DNA of 64,000 nt from Felis catus (GCF_018350175.1 NC_058368.1:3410001-3474000); one strand, 5' to 3'. Counted from the first letter of the stretch, positions 13,705 to 26,024 are shown. Numbers and translations: made by a program. The notes: generated by a model not told the origin, from the letters alone.

Positions 13705-13933
13705 ATGAGTGGGGGAGGGGCAGAGAGAGAGGGAGACACAGCTATCAGAAGCAGGCTCCAGGCTCTGAGCTGTCAGCACAGAGCCCGACGCGGGGCTCGA
13801 ACTCACAGACCGCAAGATCATGACCTGAGCTGAAGTCGCATGCTCAACCGACTGAGCCACCCAGGCGCCCCGCATCATTTTTTTTCTTAATCACGTATTT
13901 GATTATCGCTCCAATAGTACCATCTGGATATAT
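13571..13933 (+). pseudogene. Pseudogene A exon encoding a PKD (Ig-like) domain remnant, interrupted by a SINE
   Basis: Removing SINE 13640-13871 and one TSD gives in-frame TAEKCE*IEQNWGDGQRTIIFFLNHVFDYRSNSTIWIY, matching the PKD signature W(D)FGDG...H.Y. Confidence 0.6.
13640..13871 (-). mobile_element. Can-SINE inserted in the PKD-domain exon
   Basis: Antisense SINE; TSD CATCATTTTTTTT. Confidence 0.93.
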
Positions 13934-14927
13934 GTATATTATTATTATTTTGATAAAATGAACACTTAAAAAGGTTTTTTTTTTTTTTGAGAAATTAAGT
14001 CCCTGTATTAAATTTTGTTTTGTTTTTGTTTTGGTGTGAAGGGATAGACCACTGCAGTATTTCCCTTTAGCTAATGTAGCAAAGTGCAAATGTTAATCAG
14101 GCCAAACTGTTATTTCTTGCCAAAATAGTAAAACACCATCAAGGACAATGAGACTTGAAGAATATAGGCTGCAATCCTGCCTCTCCAATAAATGAAACTA
14201 TCTTCATATTCTTGTCTAAATGTATTTATCAAGACTAAAAGCTCTGAGTCACACTATCTTGTTTTGGATCCTGGTTGTACCTCTTATTATGTGATTTTGA
14301 ACAAGTTAATTCAACTCTTTAGTGAACACACATCGCTGCCTTACTTAAAAGTTAAAGAAGAGAATAAATGTAAAACACTTACCTTGAGTGCCTGGCACAT
14401 ATTCGGGTTCCATAAATGTTAGGATTTCTCTAGCCCATCATTGAAATCACAGCAGGGGCACATTTGCATCTTACCATATAAATCCCATTCATAAACCACT
14501 TTCCATCTTCTGATGTCGTAATGCCCTGTGTTCTACGAACTCCCAGCCATTCTCTAGAAATGCCTTCACTAATTACTCCTCTGTAGATCAGATTGTTCCT
14601 TTTCTTTGTTTACGCTCTACGGCAACCGGCTTATTTTCTTAATAAAACTTAGTGACACACAAAATAAATATTTCTGGGGGTAATTATTTGTTCCACGTCA
14701 ATTTGTGGCTGATAGTAGACTTGAAAGTCTTTGGAGCGGAGACTCTTTCTGTCTCAATCATTATGTCCTTAGCTGTGAACGCAGTGTTTGACACATGGTA
14801 GGTGTTCATAATATAATTGGCTCAACGAGTGATTGGACAATCATTACTATGGCTGCATAACTTTCCATCAGGTAACTGAGTGAATTCTTCCTCAACTGTG
14901 TCTTACTGTTAGAATGCTACCAATTTT

Positions 14928-15141
14928 GGGGCGCCTGGGTGGCACAGTCGGTTAAGCGTCCGACTTCAGCCAGGTCAGGATCTCACGGTCCGTGAGTTCG
15001 AGCCCCGCGTCAGGCTCTGGGCTGATGGCTCAGAGCCTGGAGCCTGTTTCCGATTCTGTGTCTCCCTCTCTCTCTGCCCCTCCCCCGTTCATGCTCTGTC
15101 TCTCTCTGTCCCAAAAATAAATAAACGTTGAAAAAAAAAAT
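14928..15141 (+). mobile_element. Can-SINE (young)
   Basis: Perfect TSD TTAGAATGCTACCAATTTT at 14909-14927 and 15142-15160. Confidence 0.95.
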
Positions 15142-15505
15142 TTAGAATGCTACCAATTTTCACCTACCCCCCCCCTTGTTCATCGTGCCATAGTACGTAC
15201 TTTAGGATTTTTTTCTCATTTGGGATTATCCATGTTTAAAGAATACACCCAAAATGTGGATGCTTCTGTCTCAATTCTCAGATCGTATTTATACTACTAT
15301 AGTATAATAGTATACTTGGATAGACCATCAACATATGTTTGAACGTGTAAGTGAGCAAATGAAAGAATGAATGAGTCAAGACTGTCAGGAGATTTCCTGA
15401 TCTGAACTCTACATTATGTTTGTTTGTTTGTTTGTTTTTTTCCTTTCCTTAATCCATCTTCCCAGTGACCAAATATTTTGCATGGTTAATGCCTCATCTT
15501 TTGAG

Positions 15506-15644
15506 AGGGAAATAGTACAACATGGAGTACTCTTATGCTCTTTTTCTTAACATGTTGATAACTCTATCTCAATGCCCACATACTTCCTTCATAAATGTGA
15601 TTTGATGCCTTGTTACTGAAAGCCAACTTCAAAAATCTTCTGTT
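15506..15644 (+). pseudogene. Pseudogene A candidate REJ exon
   Basis: Strong donor TT|gtgagt at 15645; frame with stops contains DNSISMPTYFLHK, like the REJ motif L.LP.Y.L. Confidence 0.35.
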
Positions 15645-16567
15645 GTGAGTGACTTTTTTAGAGAAGTCTGCTTTAGTTACCCACCCCCACCCCAGGGATC
15701 ATCAGCATTGTCATTATCATCACCTTATAAAAAAATGCTGAGAGCTTACGTGCATGGCGTGATGGTGAACACACTACATATATGATCTTGTTCGTTCGTG
15801 CAAAAACCAACAAATCTCGGATCATTGCCCTATTGCAAAAACGAACCCCCTAAACTTGGTACCTAAGGCCAATCAAGTTACTTGGCTTTGACCCACTTTC
15901 AGTTTTATTTTATCCAGTAAATAACCTTGCCTTCCTTTTGACAGTTGTGGAAACTGAGTCTTGTAACATGGAAATAATTAGCGCAGACTCACAAATAGAG
16001 AATGATCGGTCTTCTTGTCTCCAAAGCCTACATTCTAAGCGAGCACACCACAAAGCTTCCATACTCCATTTCTGTTATGAGACCTACCATTTGGTACCTC
16101 TCTGTCCTTCAAGCATGTGAAGGACACATACTATGCCTCATTCATAGTTGCATATTTGGCACCTATCACAGAACCAGCAGATAAAAGTCATCCAGTGATA
16201 CTGATGTTTACTCCACGCGTAAAATGTATTTCCACCCACCATTATGAATGGGTTCAACCTATGATCTTATTAAAAAACTCTTGCCCCAAACAAATTCTAC
16301 TTTCATATTTCTACCTTTCATTTCCACTTTGCAAAAGTTATTTAACTAACCTAACATTTCGTGTTCTGTTCTTACTTTAATTTCCTGGTCTGAATGCCAA
16401 ATAGTATGCTTTCTTGGTTCCATTTGAAATATCAGAGAAAGAAGTTCCAGTCATCCAGATACAGCTTTTTTTTTTCTTATTTCTCTGTCAACTTATCCTT
16501 TTCTGTGTGAGGCCCCTTCTAAATCTAAATAGTTAAATGAATAAACATTAAGTTGTTTTTTTTTTAA

Positions 16568-16800
16568 GGGGGCGCTTGGATGTCTCAGTTGGTTGAGCAT
16601 CCCACTTTGGCTCAGGTCATGATCTCATGGTTCGTGGGTTCAAGCTCCATGTTGGGCTCTGTGCTGACAGCTCAGGGCCTAGAGACTGCTTTTGATTCTG
16701 TATCTCCCTCTCTCTCTGTTCTTCCCCCCCCCCCACTCTCTCTCTCTCTTTCTCAAAAATAAATGTTGAAAAAGTTAAAAAATAAATACATAAATAAGTA
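16568..16800 (+). mobile_element. Can-SINE (older)
   Basis: Diverged SINE head, CT tract, A-rich tail. Confidence 0.9.
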
Positions 16801-18224
16801 AATGAATATTAACCATCTGAAAACAGGAGGAATGCAAGAGAATGGCAAAACATTCACATTGTAGTTTCCTAGCAGCCTGGATCTAAGAGGAAAAGTGCTT
16901 TATTTAAATGTATATTATTGCAACACAAATACCAACTAAAGTCACCCTAACCCTTAAGATGTAGCTGGCTCAAAATCCCATCTCTTCAGTCCCATGTTCT
17001 CCCCAGGTATCTGTGAATTCCTGGTGTTCATGTGCCCTCGGTTTCTGGCTCTCATTCCAATCATGACTGATATAATGCTGATGTAAAGTGGACCTCACTG
17101 GAGATTCGGGTAAAAAGAAACCGGAGATAACCCTGCCATAACATTTGATCAAGAATTCAAATGTGAACACTAGCTGCTCCTATGGTTTCTTGACAACTTC
17201 TCACCAGCACAAGGGGCAGGCTTCCGTCCTACATCCTTCTTCCCTCTTCTCTCCTCACCTCCCTCTCTCTCTTCCTAGGTCACTCCTACAGCCTCTTAAC
17301 CCCTGCTCCTTGGGTATTGTCCTTGAGGTCCTGACATCTCACACTGCTGCTTCCTTGTCACGATAGGACAAGGACTCATCCAAGCATTAAACCAAAGGAG
17401 GCCCTCCTCTCACTTCTTTTCCAGAAATCCCCTGATTGCTCTGCAAGGCTGTCTTGCCCCCAGGCCCGGTCAATACTCAGGCATATGTGTCTATCTCTTT
17501 CTTTGCAAGGACATACCTGCAGACCTCTGCTCGGCACAGAGGTAGGACAATATGCGACTTTTATGTTAGGCAAACCAGAAATATTAATACGTCCTCAAAT
17601 CCCACCTGAATTATCAGTTATTTCTTTTCCATTTTGGTGGAAGCATAGAAACTGTTAGTTTTTTTGTACAGGATTCAAAACAAATTTTAATCATTACTTT
17701 TTTTCGGGAATTGCACATCTAGATGTCAGCTATCAATTAGCTTTGATATACATATGACCATATACATATGTTTATATACACATTTATACAGATTATATAA
17801 ATATAATAGCTATATTGTTATGTTATATATAAATCATCTATATACTATAGATGATCCTTTATCAATGCTAATTGATAACTATGTAAATGCAATATATATA
17901 TAAATTGTAACTACGTAAATGCAATATATATAAAACTGTGTATATACTAAGTCATATATACACATGTACATACATATTAATTTATATGTATTAAATTTTA
18001 TATAAATATACACATACACGTACACAACACATATCTGCATGGCCATGTTATGTAATAAGATATGTGTGTAATCTATCTCACGTCCTGTTTGTCTCTCCTG
18101 CAAGGCACATTAAAGACAGGAAGTTCACCTTGTCTATTCATACACACGTTCATCCATGACTCGATAAATGCTGTCACACAACAAAGATGTATCCAATGCT
18201 CTATAACATCTGGCTTATTTTCTT

Positions 18225-18448
18225 TTTTTTTTTTTTAATTTTTTTCAACGTTTATTTATTTTTGGGACAGACAGAGACAGAGCATGAACGGGGGAGGGGC
18301 AGAGAGAGAGGGAGACACAGAATCGGAAACAGGCTCCAGGCTCTGAGCCATCAGCCCAGAGCCTGACGCGGGGCTCGAACTCACGGACCACGAGATCGTG
18401 ACCTGGCTGAAGTCGGACGCTTAACCGACTGCGCCACCCAGGCGCCCC
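18225..18448 (-). mobile_element. Can-SINE (young)
   Basis: TSD TGGCTTATTTTCTT at 18211-18224 and 18449-18462. Confidence 0.95.
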
Positions 18449-18543
18449 TGGCTTATTTTCTTAATAAAACTTACTGACACACAAAAACGTAACCAGTAAG
18501 TGTCAGGTGCCTCCTGTTATTCTTGTTGGCTGCTGATTTCAAG

Positions 18544-18791
18544 GTCATGGAAGCAAATGATGGAAAGTTCTGGGGTTTATCAAAATCATACATTTAACGC
18601 AAAATGACTGGAATGTGAACGTATACACATGGAACCCCTGTTACTGGTTTGTCACACTGTAGAAAGTTCTCTCCCTCCTTGAGTACTCACAAAGCAGTCT
18701 TGTCTTCTAACGTCACTGAAAGGGTCCCTTTTCTCAAAAATTGGTCATGAGCAAGCATACACGTGTTCGAGGTGATTCTTCAGTGAAGCAG
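18544..18791 (+). pseudogene. Pseudogene A REJ C-terminal exon(s)
   Basis: Acceptor ctgatttcaag; VMEANDGKFWGLSKSY...; at 18743 GHEQAYT-(fs)-VFEV..SVKQ|gttatg resembles recalled PKD1L1 GLEAHTVFSVFCMSGKP. Confidence 0.5.
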
Positions 18792-19790
18792 GTTATGTAG
18801 GAAAAGAACCTTAGATTGCAATTATTTCCATCTCTCATCCTTTTGAAAGCTTTAATATTACTTCTGTAGATGTGATTGTTCAAAGCTATAAATTCCCCAC
18901 TTAATCATTTTGAAACCCCTCTGACATGTGACCAAGAGTTGGAAATACATAAATGTTAAATTTTACGTTTTATTTTCTGTGTTACCGTAGCTTACTATTC
19001 TCTTGTCAATTGTCATCTGTTACCCAATCAAAAGAAAATGGGTAAGGAAAGCTTATTGTAGTCCAAGGAACATTCCTTTTTGCATGACTTTACCAACGTT
19101 AATAGGATGTAGGCTAGCAGAATCGGAGTTCTCAAAAATGGTTGGACCGACTGGGAAAGGAACACGTCTCATGTCTCTCTGTTCTGCCTCCCCCTAAGTC
19201 CAGTATAAAAATATCTGATTTTCAATACGTGTTGGGGTGCCCTCTGCCATCAGAAATATTTCCCTGGTGACTCAAGTGCATTCCCTCTTATTGTTTTATA
19301 ATTTCAAACTCAAACTCAAGTTTCCATGGCTGCCTTGTTCAGAAATGTGCCTTTTTCATAAAAGAAATGTTGGACACACGAGTTGCAACAGAGCCAGTTT
19401 ACTCTGTCTCTCACTACAGTTCAACATCGGGTGGCCGTAAAACTGGTAACAGGCGTTTCCCAGATTTTGTTTCGACACCTGCAAGGTGGGAGGAGTCAGA
19501 TTTTACAGCCTGAAAGACTTCTGTGATGATTCTAGCTCCTTTCACTAGTGTAAACTCTTGGGGCACTTCCTGTTTTTTGTTTGCTTGTTTGTTTGTTTTC
19601 TTAGTCTGTTTTCTCATCAAAATGGCAATGTTCATATTCACTGCAGGGGTTTCTGCTGATGTTTTGAGGCTTAAAAGAAATAAGGGCTTTATGTCACATT
19701 GTAAATAGAAGACTATTGATTATCTAGACTATTAATTATCATCAAGTATGATGACACCTCGGTTTCCAAACTAAGTTTAAATCATTATTT

Positions 19791-20011
19791 TATTTTTTAT
19801 TTTTTTTCCTGTTTATTTATTTTTGAGAGAAAGAGAGAGTGAGCCTAACAGGGGAGGGGCAGAGAGAGAGGGGGAGACACAGAATCCGAAGCAGGCACCG
19901 GGCTCCGGCTGTCAGTGCAGAGCCACACGCGGGGCTTGAACCCATGAACCGTGAGATAATGAACTGAGCCTAAGTCAGACACCTAACACAACTGAGCCAC
20001 CCAGGCACCCC
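19791..20011 (-). mobile_element. Can-SINE
   Basis: Antisense SINE; TSD AATCATTATT. Confidence 0.9.
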
Positions 20012-20029
20012 TGAATCATTATTCTAGTA

Positions 20030-20955
20030 TCTCTCAGGACTCCTTGAGGAAGGGGTTGATTCCAGGATGCAAGCAGGTTAAAACAAGATGATCTGGAGTG
20101 CGCTGAGGTTCCCAAAAGTGAGAAAATGCTCCAGAAACGTTAGGAACATATTAAAAGGGCACAGTAGACAACCTGAAAAAATCTCCCAATGGTCAAAACA
20201 GCAATAGTTTGAGGAAAAAAATCAACGGAGTACTGGATTGGAGTCCACAGACTAAAATAAACATCCATGAGCCCAACATACTGGTATAAGCAAATAATTG
20301 AAAAACTTAACAGAGAAGGGATATGCCAACTGATGGATAGAGAAGCAATGTGGAAAATATGAACGTTACAACACCACAGTAATAATTGTTGCAGGCAAGA
20401 TTTACAAAAGGATAGGAGAGAAAATCTGAGGAGGAACAGAATAGTCTCACAGTATCTTTCCCAAGATAATTAGGAATTGCAAAGGGAAAAAAGGTATCTT
20501 TATAATGGAAAAAACCCACAGACAACATCTTAACTAAGTAAGCGATCAGGGTTATAAAACATCTGCACATCATACACCCTTGACATGTTGCAGTGAGAAA
20601 GGCCCATCGTGTCTGCAATCTTCTTTAAAAACTACCTACCTTCAATCTAATAATGAAAATATATAGGGTTAACCCAAACTGGAGGACGTTCTGTAAAGCA
20701 AGTGACCAGCACATATTGAGTGCCAAGGTTCTGCAAGGCAGGGGAACATTAAGGAAACAAAGGAGATTGGCACCTGACTTCAGTGTGAGTTCTTGACTGG
20801 ACGTGGCACAGAAATACGGTTGCTGGAAACACACCAATGTTAATCTCTTAGTTTTCGTAATTGTGCCCTGGGTGATGTAAGGCATTAACATTATGGAAGA
20901 CGTGGTGAAGGGTATGTGCAACTGTTCTAGAAGTCTAAGTTTATTATAAAGTTAA
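20030..20955 (+). mobile_element. Ancient L1M (L1MC/L1MD-like) 3' UTR fragment
   Basis: Resembles old L1 3' ends, e.g. gggtgatgtaaggcattaacatt...gggtatgtgcaact...tctaagtttatt. Confidence 0.6.
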
Positions 20956-21774
20956 AACCTATTTTTCAAAGCCAAGTTATTTTCTTTGGGAATATATGCC
21001 GCAATAGCAATGAAAATGGGTAACTTCTGGTTATATTACCTATACTTCTGAAAAGTTTTGAGGCAAATTCTCTTCATGTATCCCTGAGTACATGCCCTTT
21101 TTCAAAACGAAATGCTTCTGTTGTTCGTCAATGGCATTTTTATTTTTTTAATTAATTAATTAGTTTGTTTCTTTTGGTTAAGTAGCTTGAACTCAGGCTC
21201 AACGAATGATGTGGAGAGAAGCAAACCGAGATGACATCATGAGTTAGAGTCTAAACCCAGAAAGGATATCCAGAAATAGTCTGCAAATTTCCAAAAGTCT
21301 TCGAGAGAGCAAAGAGATTCAGGATGGAATGAACCACCAAACTTTACCATTTTATGCTCTAGACTCTTCAGGATTTTTAATCTGTTTAAAGAACGAAGAA
21401 ACACTTGATTTCCTTTCAGAATAAGCATTTTATAAGAGGCATGGTAGATCGGGGAAAGCATCAGAGTTCCAGAGATGAAGACAATTCTTGTAACTGCAGA
21501 ACGTGAAATAAGGCTCAGGTATTAATTGGTACAGGTACATTTATTGCAAAATGATGCAAAAAAATTGCATACTGTTTTATTAAAATTACACACCTGAAAA
21601 CACTTTTTATTTGGATGATTCCATCAACTAGTCATAATAGTTATAAAGCTTCTAGGTTTCAAAACTACGTAAAATTTTCAAAAGAAACTGTGAGACTTCA
21701 CCATATAGGTGCATCAAAAATAGATTATGATTCACTGTAATTTAATTAAAATAGCCACATGCGTGTTTTTAAGC

Positions 21775-22134
21775 TTGTTGGTTTGTTTATTTATTTGTTT
21801 GTTTTTTAGTAATCTCTACACCCAAGGTGGGGCTTGCACCCACAACCCCAAGATCAAGAGTCACATGCTTTTTCTTTTTTTTTTTAATTTTTTTTTCAAC
21901 GTTTATTTATTTTTGGGACAGAGAGAGACAGAGCATGAATGGGGGAGGGGCAGAGAGAGAGGGAGACACAGAATCGGAAACAGGCTCCAGGCTCCGAGCC
22001 ATCAGCCCAGAGCCTGACGCGGGGCTCGAACTCCCGGACCGCGAGATCGTGACCTGGCTGAAGTCGGACGCTTAACCGACTGCGCCACCCAGGCGCCCCC
22101 ACATGCTTTTTCAACTGAGACACCCAGGTGCCCC
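21775..22134 (-). mobile_element. Old Can-SINE with a young Can-SINE (21875-22099) nested inside
   Basis: Two SINE heads (22099, 22134); inner TSD CACATGCTTTTTC at 21862-21874 and 22100-22112. Confidence 0.9.
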
Positions 22135-22289
22135 GATAGCTCTGTTTTTAAAATGATGTCATTTTTGCTTTTAATTATATAAAAGTGCATGGGATTCCCA
22201 GTAGAATTTTAAAAGACGTGTTAATTTCAATGTTAAAAATATTTAGTATTACTGCTCCTGTCCATATATGTCTTATTCTAACTTCTCAG

Positions 22290-22425
22290 GAGTAGTCTCA
22301 TTTAAGCTGAAAGTTTTGATAACATCTGGTATATAACTCCATATTCTGTTGTGGACTCCAGACCCCAGGAAAACTAATGTTAGCATTGGTGTTTTACACA
22401 GGATGTCCTTATGAAGGCATTTAAA
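22290..22425 (+). pseudogene. Pseudogene A GAIN-region exon
   Basis: Acceptor ttctaacttctcag, donor AA|gtaatt; GVVSFKLKVLITSGI*LHILLWTPDPRKTNVSIGV resembles recalled PKDREJ GAFSFQV..LIHI. Confidence 0.5.
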
Positions 22426-22687
22426 GTAATTTTACTTTTAAATAATGAAATCTAAGAGCAAAATTATACCTTTCATAAAATGTGAATTGTTTGAAGACCT
22501 AGGATAGTGTAAGTTAATGTCACCTCAGTCTTATGTCTCTGGATGATTAAAGGAATCTGCTGGTAGGGGCGGAGGGTGAGGGGGGTGAGGGGGGTGGGGG
22601 GTCAGCTCCATTCCCCAACTGTCCCCAAGCAGAGAGAATCTCCATTGTGATGGTTTCTCTCTCTTCTCTTCCAATTATCCAACATGT

Positions 22688-22713
22688 TCTTTTCTTTTTC
22701 TTTCTTCTTTCTC

Positions 22714-22752
<39 letters not shown>

Positions 22753-23021
22753 CTCTTTCTTTCTCTTTCTTTCTCTTTCTTTCTTCCTTCCTGCCTTTCC
22801 TTTTCTCTTTCTTTCTTTCTTTCTTTCTTTCATGTTTATTTATTTACTTTGAGAGGGGGAGGAGGGCAGGGCAGGGGCAGAGAGAGGGAGGGAATACCAG
22901 ACAGGCTCCACGCTAGCAAGGCAGAGCCCCACACCAGGCTGGAATACAGGAACCAGGAGATTATCACCTAAAGTGAAATCAAGAGTCGGATGTCTAACCA
23001 ACTGAGCCACCCAGGCACCCC
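22688..23021 (-). mobile_element. Can-SINE with expanded (TTTC)n tail
   Basis: SINE 22830-23021; microsatellite 22688-22830. Confidence 0.88.
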
Positions 23022-23559
23022 TACTATGTGTTCTTAAATTTAAGCACAATGATCCTGAATCTTTGGGGATGATAGGCCTCTCTCAAAACACGATGATATT
23101 TATTGCTTATAAAAAGAAAAGTGTCTATATACAAATGACACCGAATTTTGCTTACTGATTTCAGTGGTTCCTAGGTCTGAGGAAGTTCTCCCATGAGCTT
23201 TAGTTTGACACCTCCTGAAAAAGCCATTTTACTCTTAAAATGATTGCGTATTAGGCACAGATCTAGGCTGGATGAACACGAAGCAGAAAAATTAGTAGGA
23301 ACTGTCACCCTGTCTCTCAAGGCAATTACAGTGCAGCCGGGGAGAGTACGCATCCATTTACAAAAACAGGAACTATCCCTTGTTGAGTATTTTCCACATG
23401 CTAAACTGGGGCTACCTCACTTACTTCTCAAAATAAGTCTGTGTGTAACTGGCCGCATACTTTCAGACAGGTGCAAAATGAAAATGTGGGTCCCCAGGTT
23501 TAAGGAAGCAGGAAAACACTACCTGCAAGGGTGCTAAAACACGAAGCTCTCTACTTTCT

Positions 23560-23820
23560 TGCGCGCTCTCTGTACCCTTCGCCGCAGGATTTCGGCGACG
23601 ATTTCACAGTTGGCCCCAATCACGCGCAGGGATCATCAATGCGCATGCGCAGATCCTCCAGGTGCCGGAGGGCGTGGCCCCCACACCGGAACTAGGCCCC
23701 CCGCCCGCTGTGAGTGAGCCCCCCGCTGCGTGGGCGGGCTGCTGCGCTGGCCGGAAGACAGGAGCCCCTGCCATGCGTCCCCACTCCCCTGGGCCTGCAG
23801 TTCCAACCAAAGTGGGTAAG
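23560..23820 (+). promoter_or_regulatory. Small CpG-rich promoter-like element overlapping a putative GPS exon (23588-23815)
   Basis: Local CpG/GC spike; perfect NRF1 palindrome TGCGCATGCGCA 23640-23651; CCAAT 23616; GGGCGTGGC 23670; ETS CCGGAA 23686 and 23751; GC boxes 23699 and 23732; donor GG|gtaagc at 23816. Confidence 0.55.
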
Positions 23821-24530
23821 CATCCCCTAGGACCACTGCGCCTTCCTTGCCGGTGTGCCCTGGGTGACTTTGTCATGCCGCGGGGGGGGGGGGGGGGTCA
23901 CCCATGGTGGGGGAGGAGACAGACCCTCCCTGTGGAAGTGGACGAAGCAGCAGGGGGGAGACGTTGTGTGGGCTGAGGCCCCCAAGGCCCACCCCTCCCC
24001 CCATCCCATGCTCCATTGTCCCATTGGACTTCACCTAAGAAGCACAGATTCAAAGATGAAAGGATTAAAATGGCGAGACGTTAGAGATCGTGAGGATCAG
24101 GACATTTGAGTAGCTGGTGGAGGCACACAGAGCTAGTAATTGCGGAGCTGGGGTTCCAACCCGTGTCTGCGGTTCCAAAGCCAGCTCGTAAGAACTAAGG
24201 CACACGGTGAAGGGATGATGACAGGTATGAACCAAGTCGTGGCAAGGGCTTGGAAGAAACGGCTGAAGGGGAAAGGCACCCTTAGGTGGAGCACTGGGCT
24301 CCTAAGAGGAGGGGCAGGGACTGAGCAGGGGCTGGTGACATGTCTGGGACGTCAGAGACCTGCACCGATCGCACTGGGAAATGGGCAGCAGAGCAAATGA
24401 GACAGTTGTCAGAAGGGCCTTCTGATTCAAAGGTGTGAAAAACAAGGAGAGGGACTGAGATTCGATCTAAGAGGCTTCAGGAAGGTACTGGGGGATCATG
24501 AGGCAAAGCTTTCTCCGGGTAACCAACGTC

Positions 24531-24853
24531 CGGCTGACCCTGGAACAACATGGGGTTAAGGGTGCAGACCGCCCACACAGTCAAAAATCCATGTATATGC
24601 TCCCCCAATGCTTTGCAAATAGCCTACTGTTGACCAGAAGACTTGCCAACAACATAAATAGTTGATTAATGCATGTGTTGCAAGTTATATGTGTTATATG
24701 CTGCATTATTACAATGAAGTAAGCTAGAGAAAAACATTAAGAAAATCATAAGGAAGAGAAAAATACATCTATAGGATAGTATTGCGTTTATTGACAAAAT
24801 TGACATCTAAGTGGACTTGTGCAGTTCAGACCTGTGTTGGTCAAGGGTCACCT
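24531..24853. mobile_element. Tigger2-type non-autonomous DNA transposon
   Basis: Terminal inverted repeats cggctgaccctggaacaaca and tgtgttggtcaagggtcacctg. Confidence 0.8.
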
Positions 24854-25081
24854 GCAAACTGTGGCTCGAGGCACTGGATCCAGATGTCATGAGAGCAAGG
24901 GAACGTTCCAGAAGTTTAGCACTGAAACAAAGAATGTCAGGAACAGGCACAGGAGACCCTGCAGAGAAAGAACCAGCAAGTCTGGGGTAACGGATTATGT
25001 TTGGAATGAAAGACAAGAGCAAATCATTCAGGGAAGGATGGATGAGGTATTTCAAGGATGTTCGTCATATTCCTTTTCAAG

Positions 25082-25242
25082 CCATAAAGCTCATCAGGCT
25101 CCACTGAACTGTATTCATTCAGATGTAACTTCTACAGATACTGACTGGATAGAAGCACTTTCTTTTCTTGCAAGTCTTACCACAATTTTTACAGCCCCCA
25201 GCTAAGATTCCCGCAGAGATTGAGGAAGAGCGGCAGAGTCTG
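25082..25242 (+). pseudogene. Pseudogene A candidate GPS C-terminal exon
   Basis: Acceptor attccttttcaag; mosaic STELYSFRC...LSFLASLTTIFTAP-(fs)-AKI resembles the post-cleavage L.FFAS.FV.PN.I; donor TG|gtacat. Confidence 0.4.
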
Positions 25243-25417
25243 GTACATGATATGAGACATCCTGCATGATTCCCAAAGACCTCCAGACATCGGAGCACAT
25301 TCTTGCTTTTTGCTGGGCTGCATGTTTTTGTCGGTTTCCACAGCCTCACATCTGCATCTCAGTAAGGCTTTGTTGTTAGTCACTTTGCCACAGAGGGATT
25401 TAATAGAAGAATTAAAT

Positions 25418-25625
25418 GGGAGGCACCTGGGTGGCTCAGTGGGTTCAGACTCTGACTCTTTGGCTGAGATCATGATCTCACCATTTGTGGGTTCGAACCC
25501 CACACCAGGCTCTGTGCTGACAGCATGGAGCCCGCTTGGGATTCTGCCTCCCTCTCTGTCTGCCCCTCTCCTGCTTGCTTTCTATCTCTATCTCAAAATA
25601 AATAAAAATAAACTTTTTTTAAAAA
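25418..25625 (+). mobile_element. Can-SINE
   Basis: Flanking direct repeat AGAAGAATTAAATGGGAGG. Confidence 0.9.
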
Positions 25626-25862
25626 AGAAGAATTAAATGGGAGGACCATATTCTTGGCTAATCAGGCTCAACATTGTTGGTTTCTATAGGGGAGCAATGC
25701 ATCAGGCTATCATTGGCACGGCAACTAGGTGGACCAGTCAGAACAGCTCATAGACACACAGCCTCTATCCCTACCCAGGTACATCCATCTAAGCATGGCA
25801 GGATGGTCTCAGAATATAAAAGAGCCTAACTGTAGCAGTAACCGGCACCTTTTTTTGCATAG

Positions 25863-26024
25863 GATTTATTTGATGGTTCTTTTTTCTCACTCAAATCGAT
25901 ACATTATCTGGGTACATAACATCTCTAACAAAGCCTTCTGGATTATCGCCCATCACGTCGAAGAGTTCAACATTGCCAACCCGCATTTACTCAGATCAGT
26001 GACCCCACCAAAGTTAGCTCATTG
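25863..26024 (+). pseudogene. Pseudogene A exon, TM1 to PLAT start
   Basis: Acceptor ttttttgcatag, donor TG|gtaaga; 162 nt; IYLMVLFSHSNRYIIWVH then alternative frame LLDYRPS...PTKV (family: W.....L.DN.P....KV). Confidence 0.5.
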
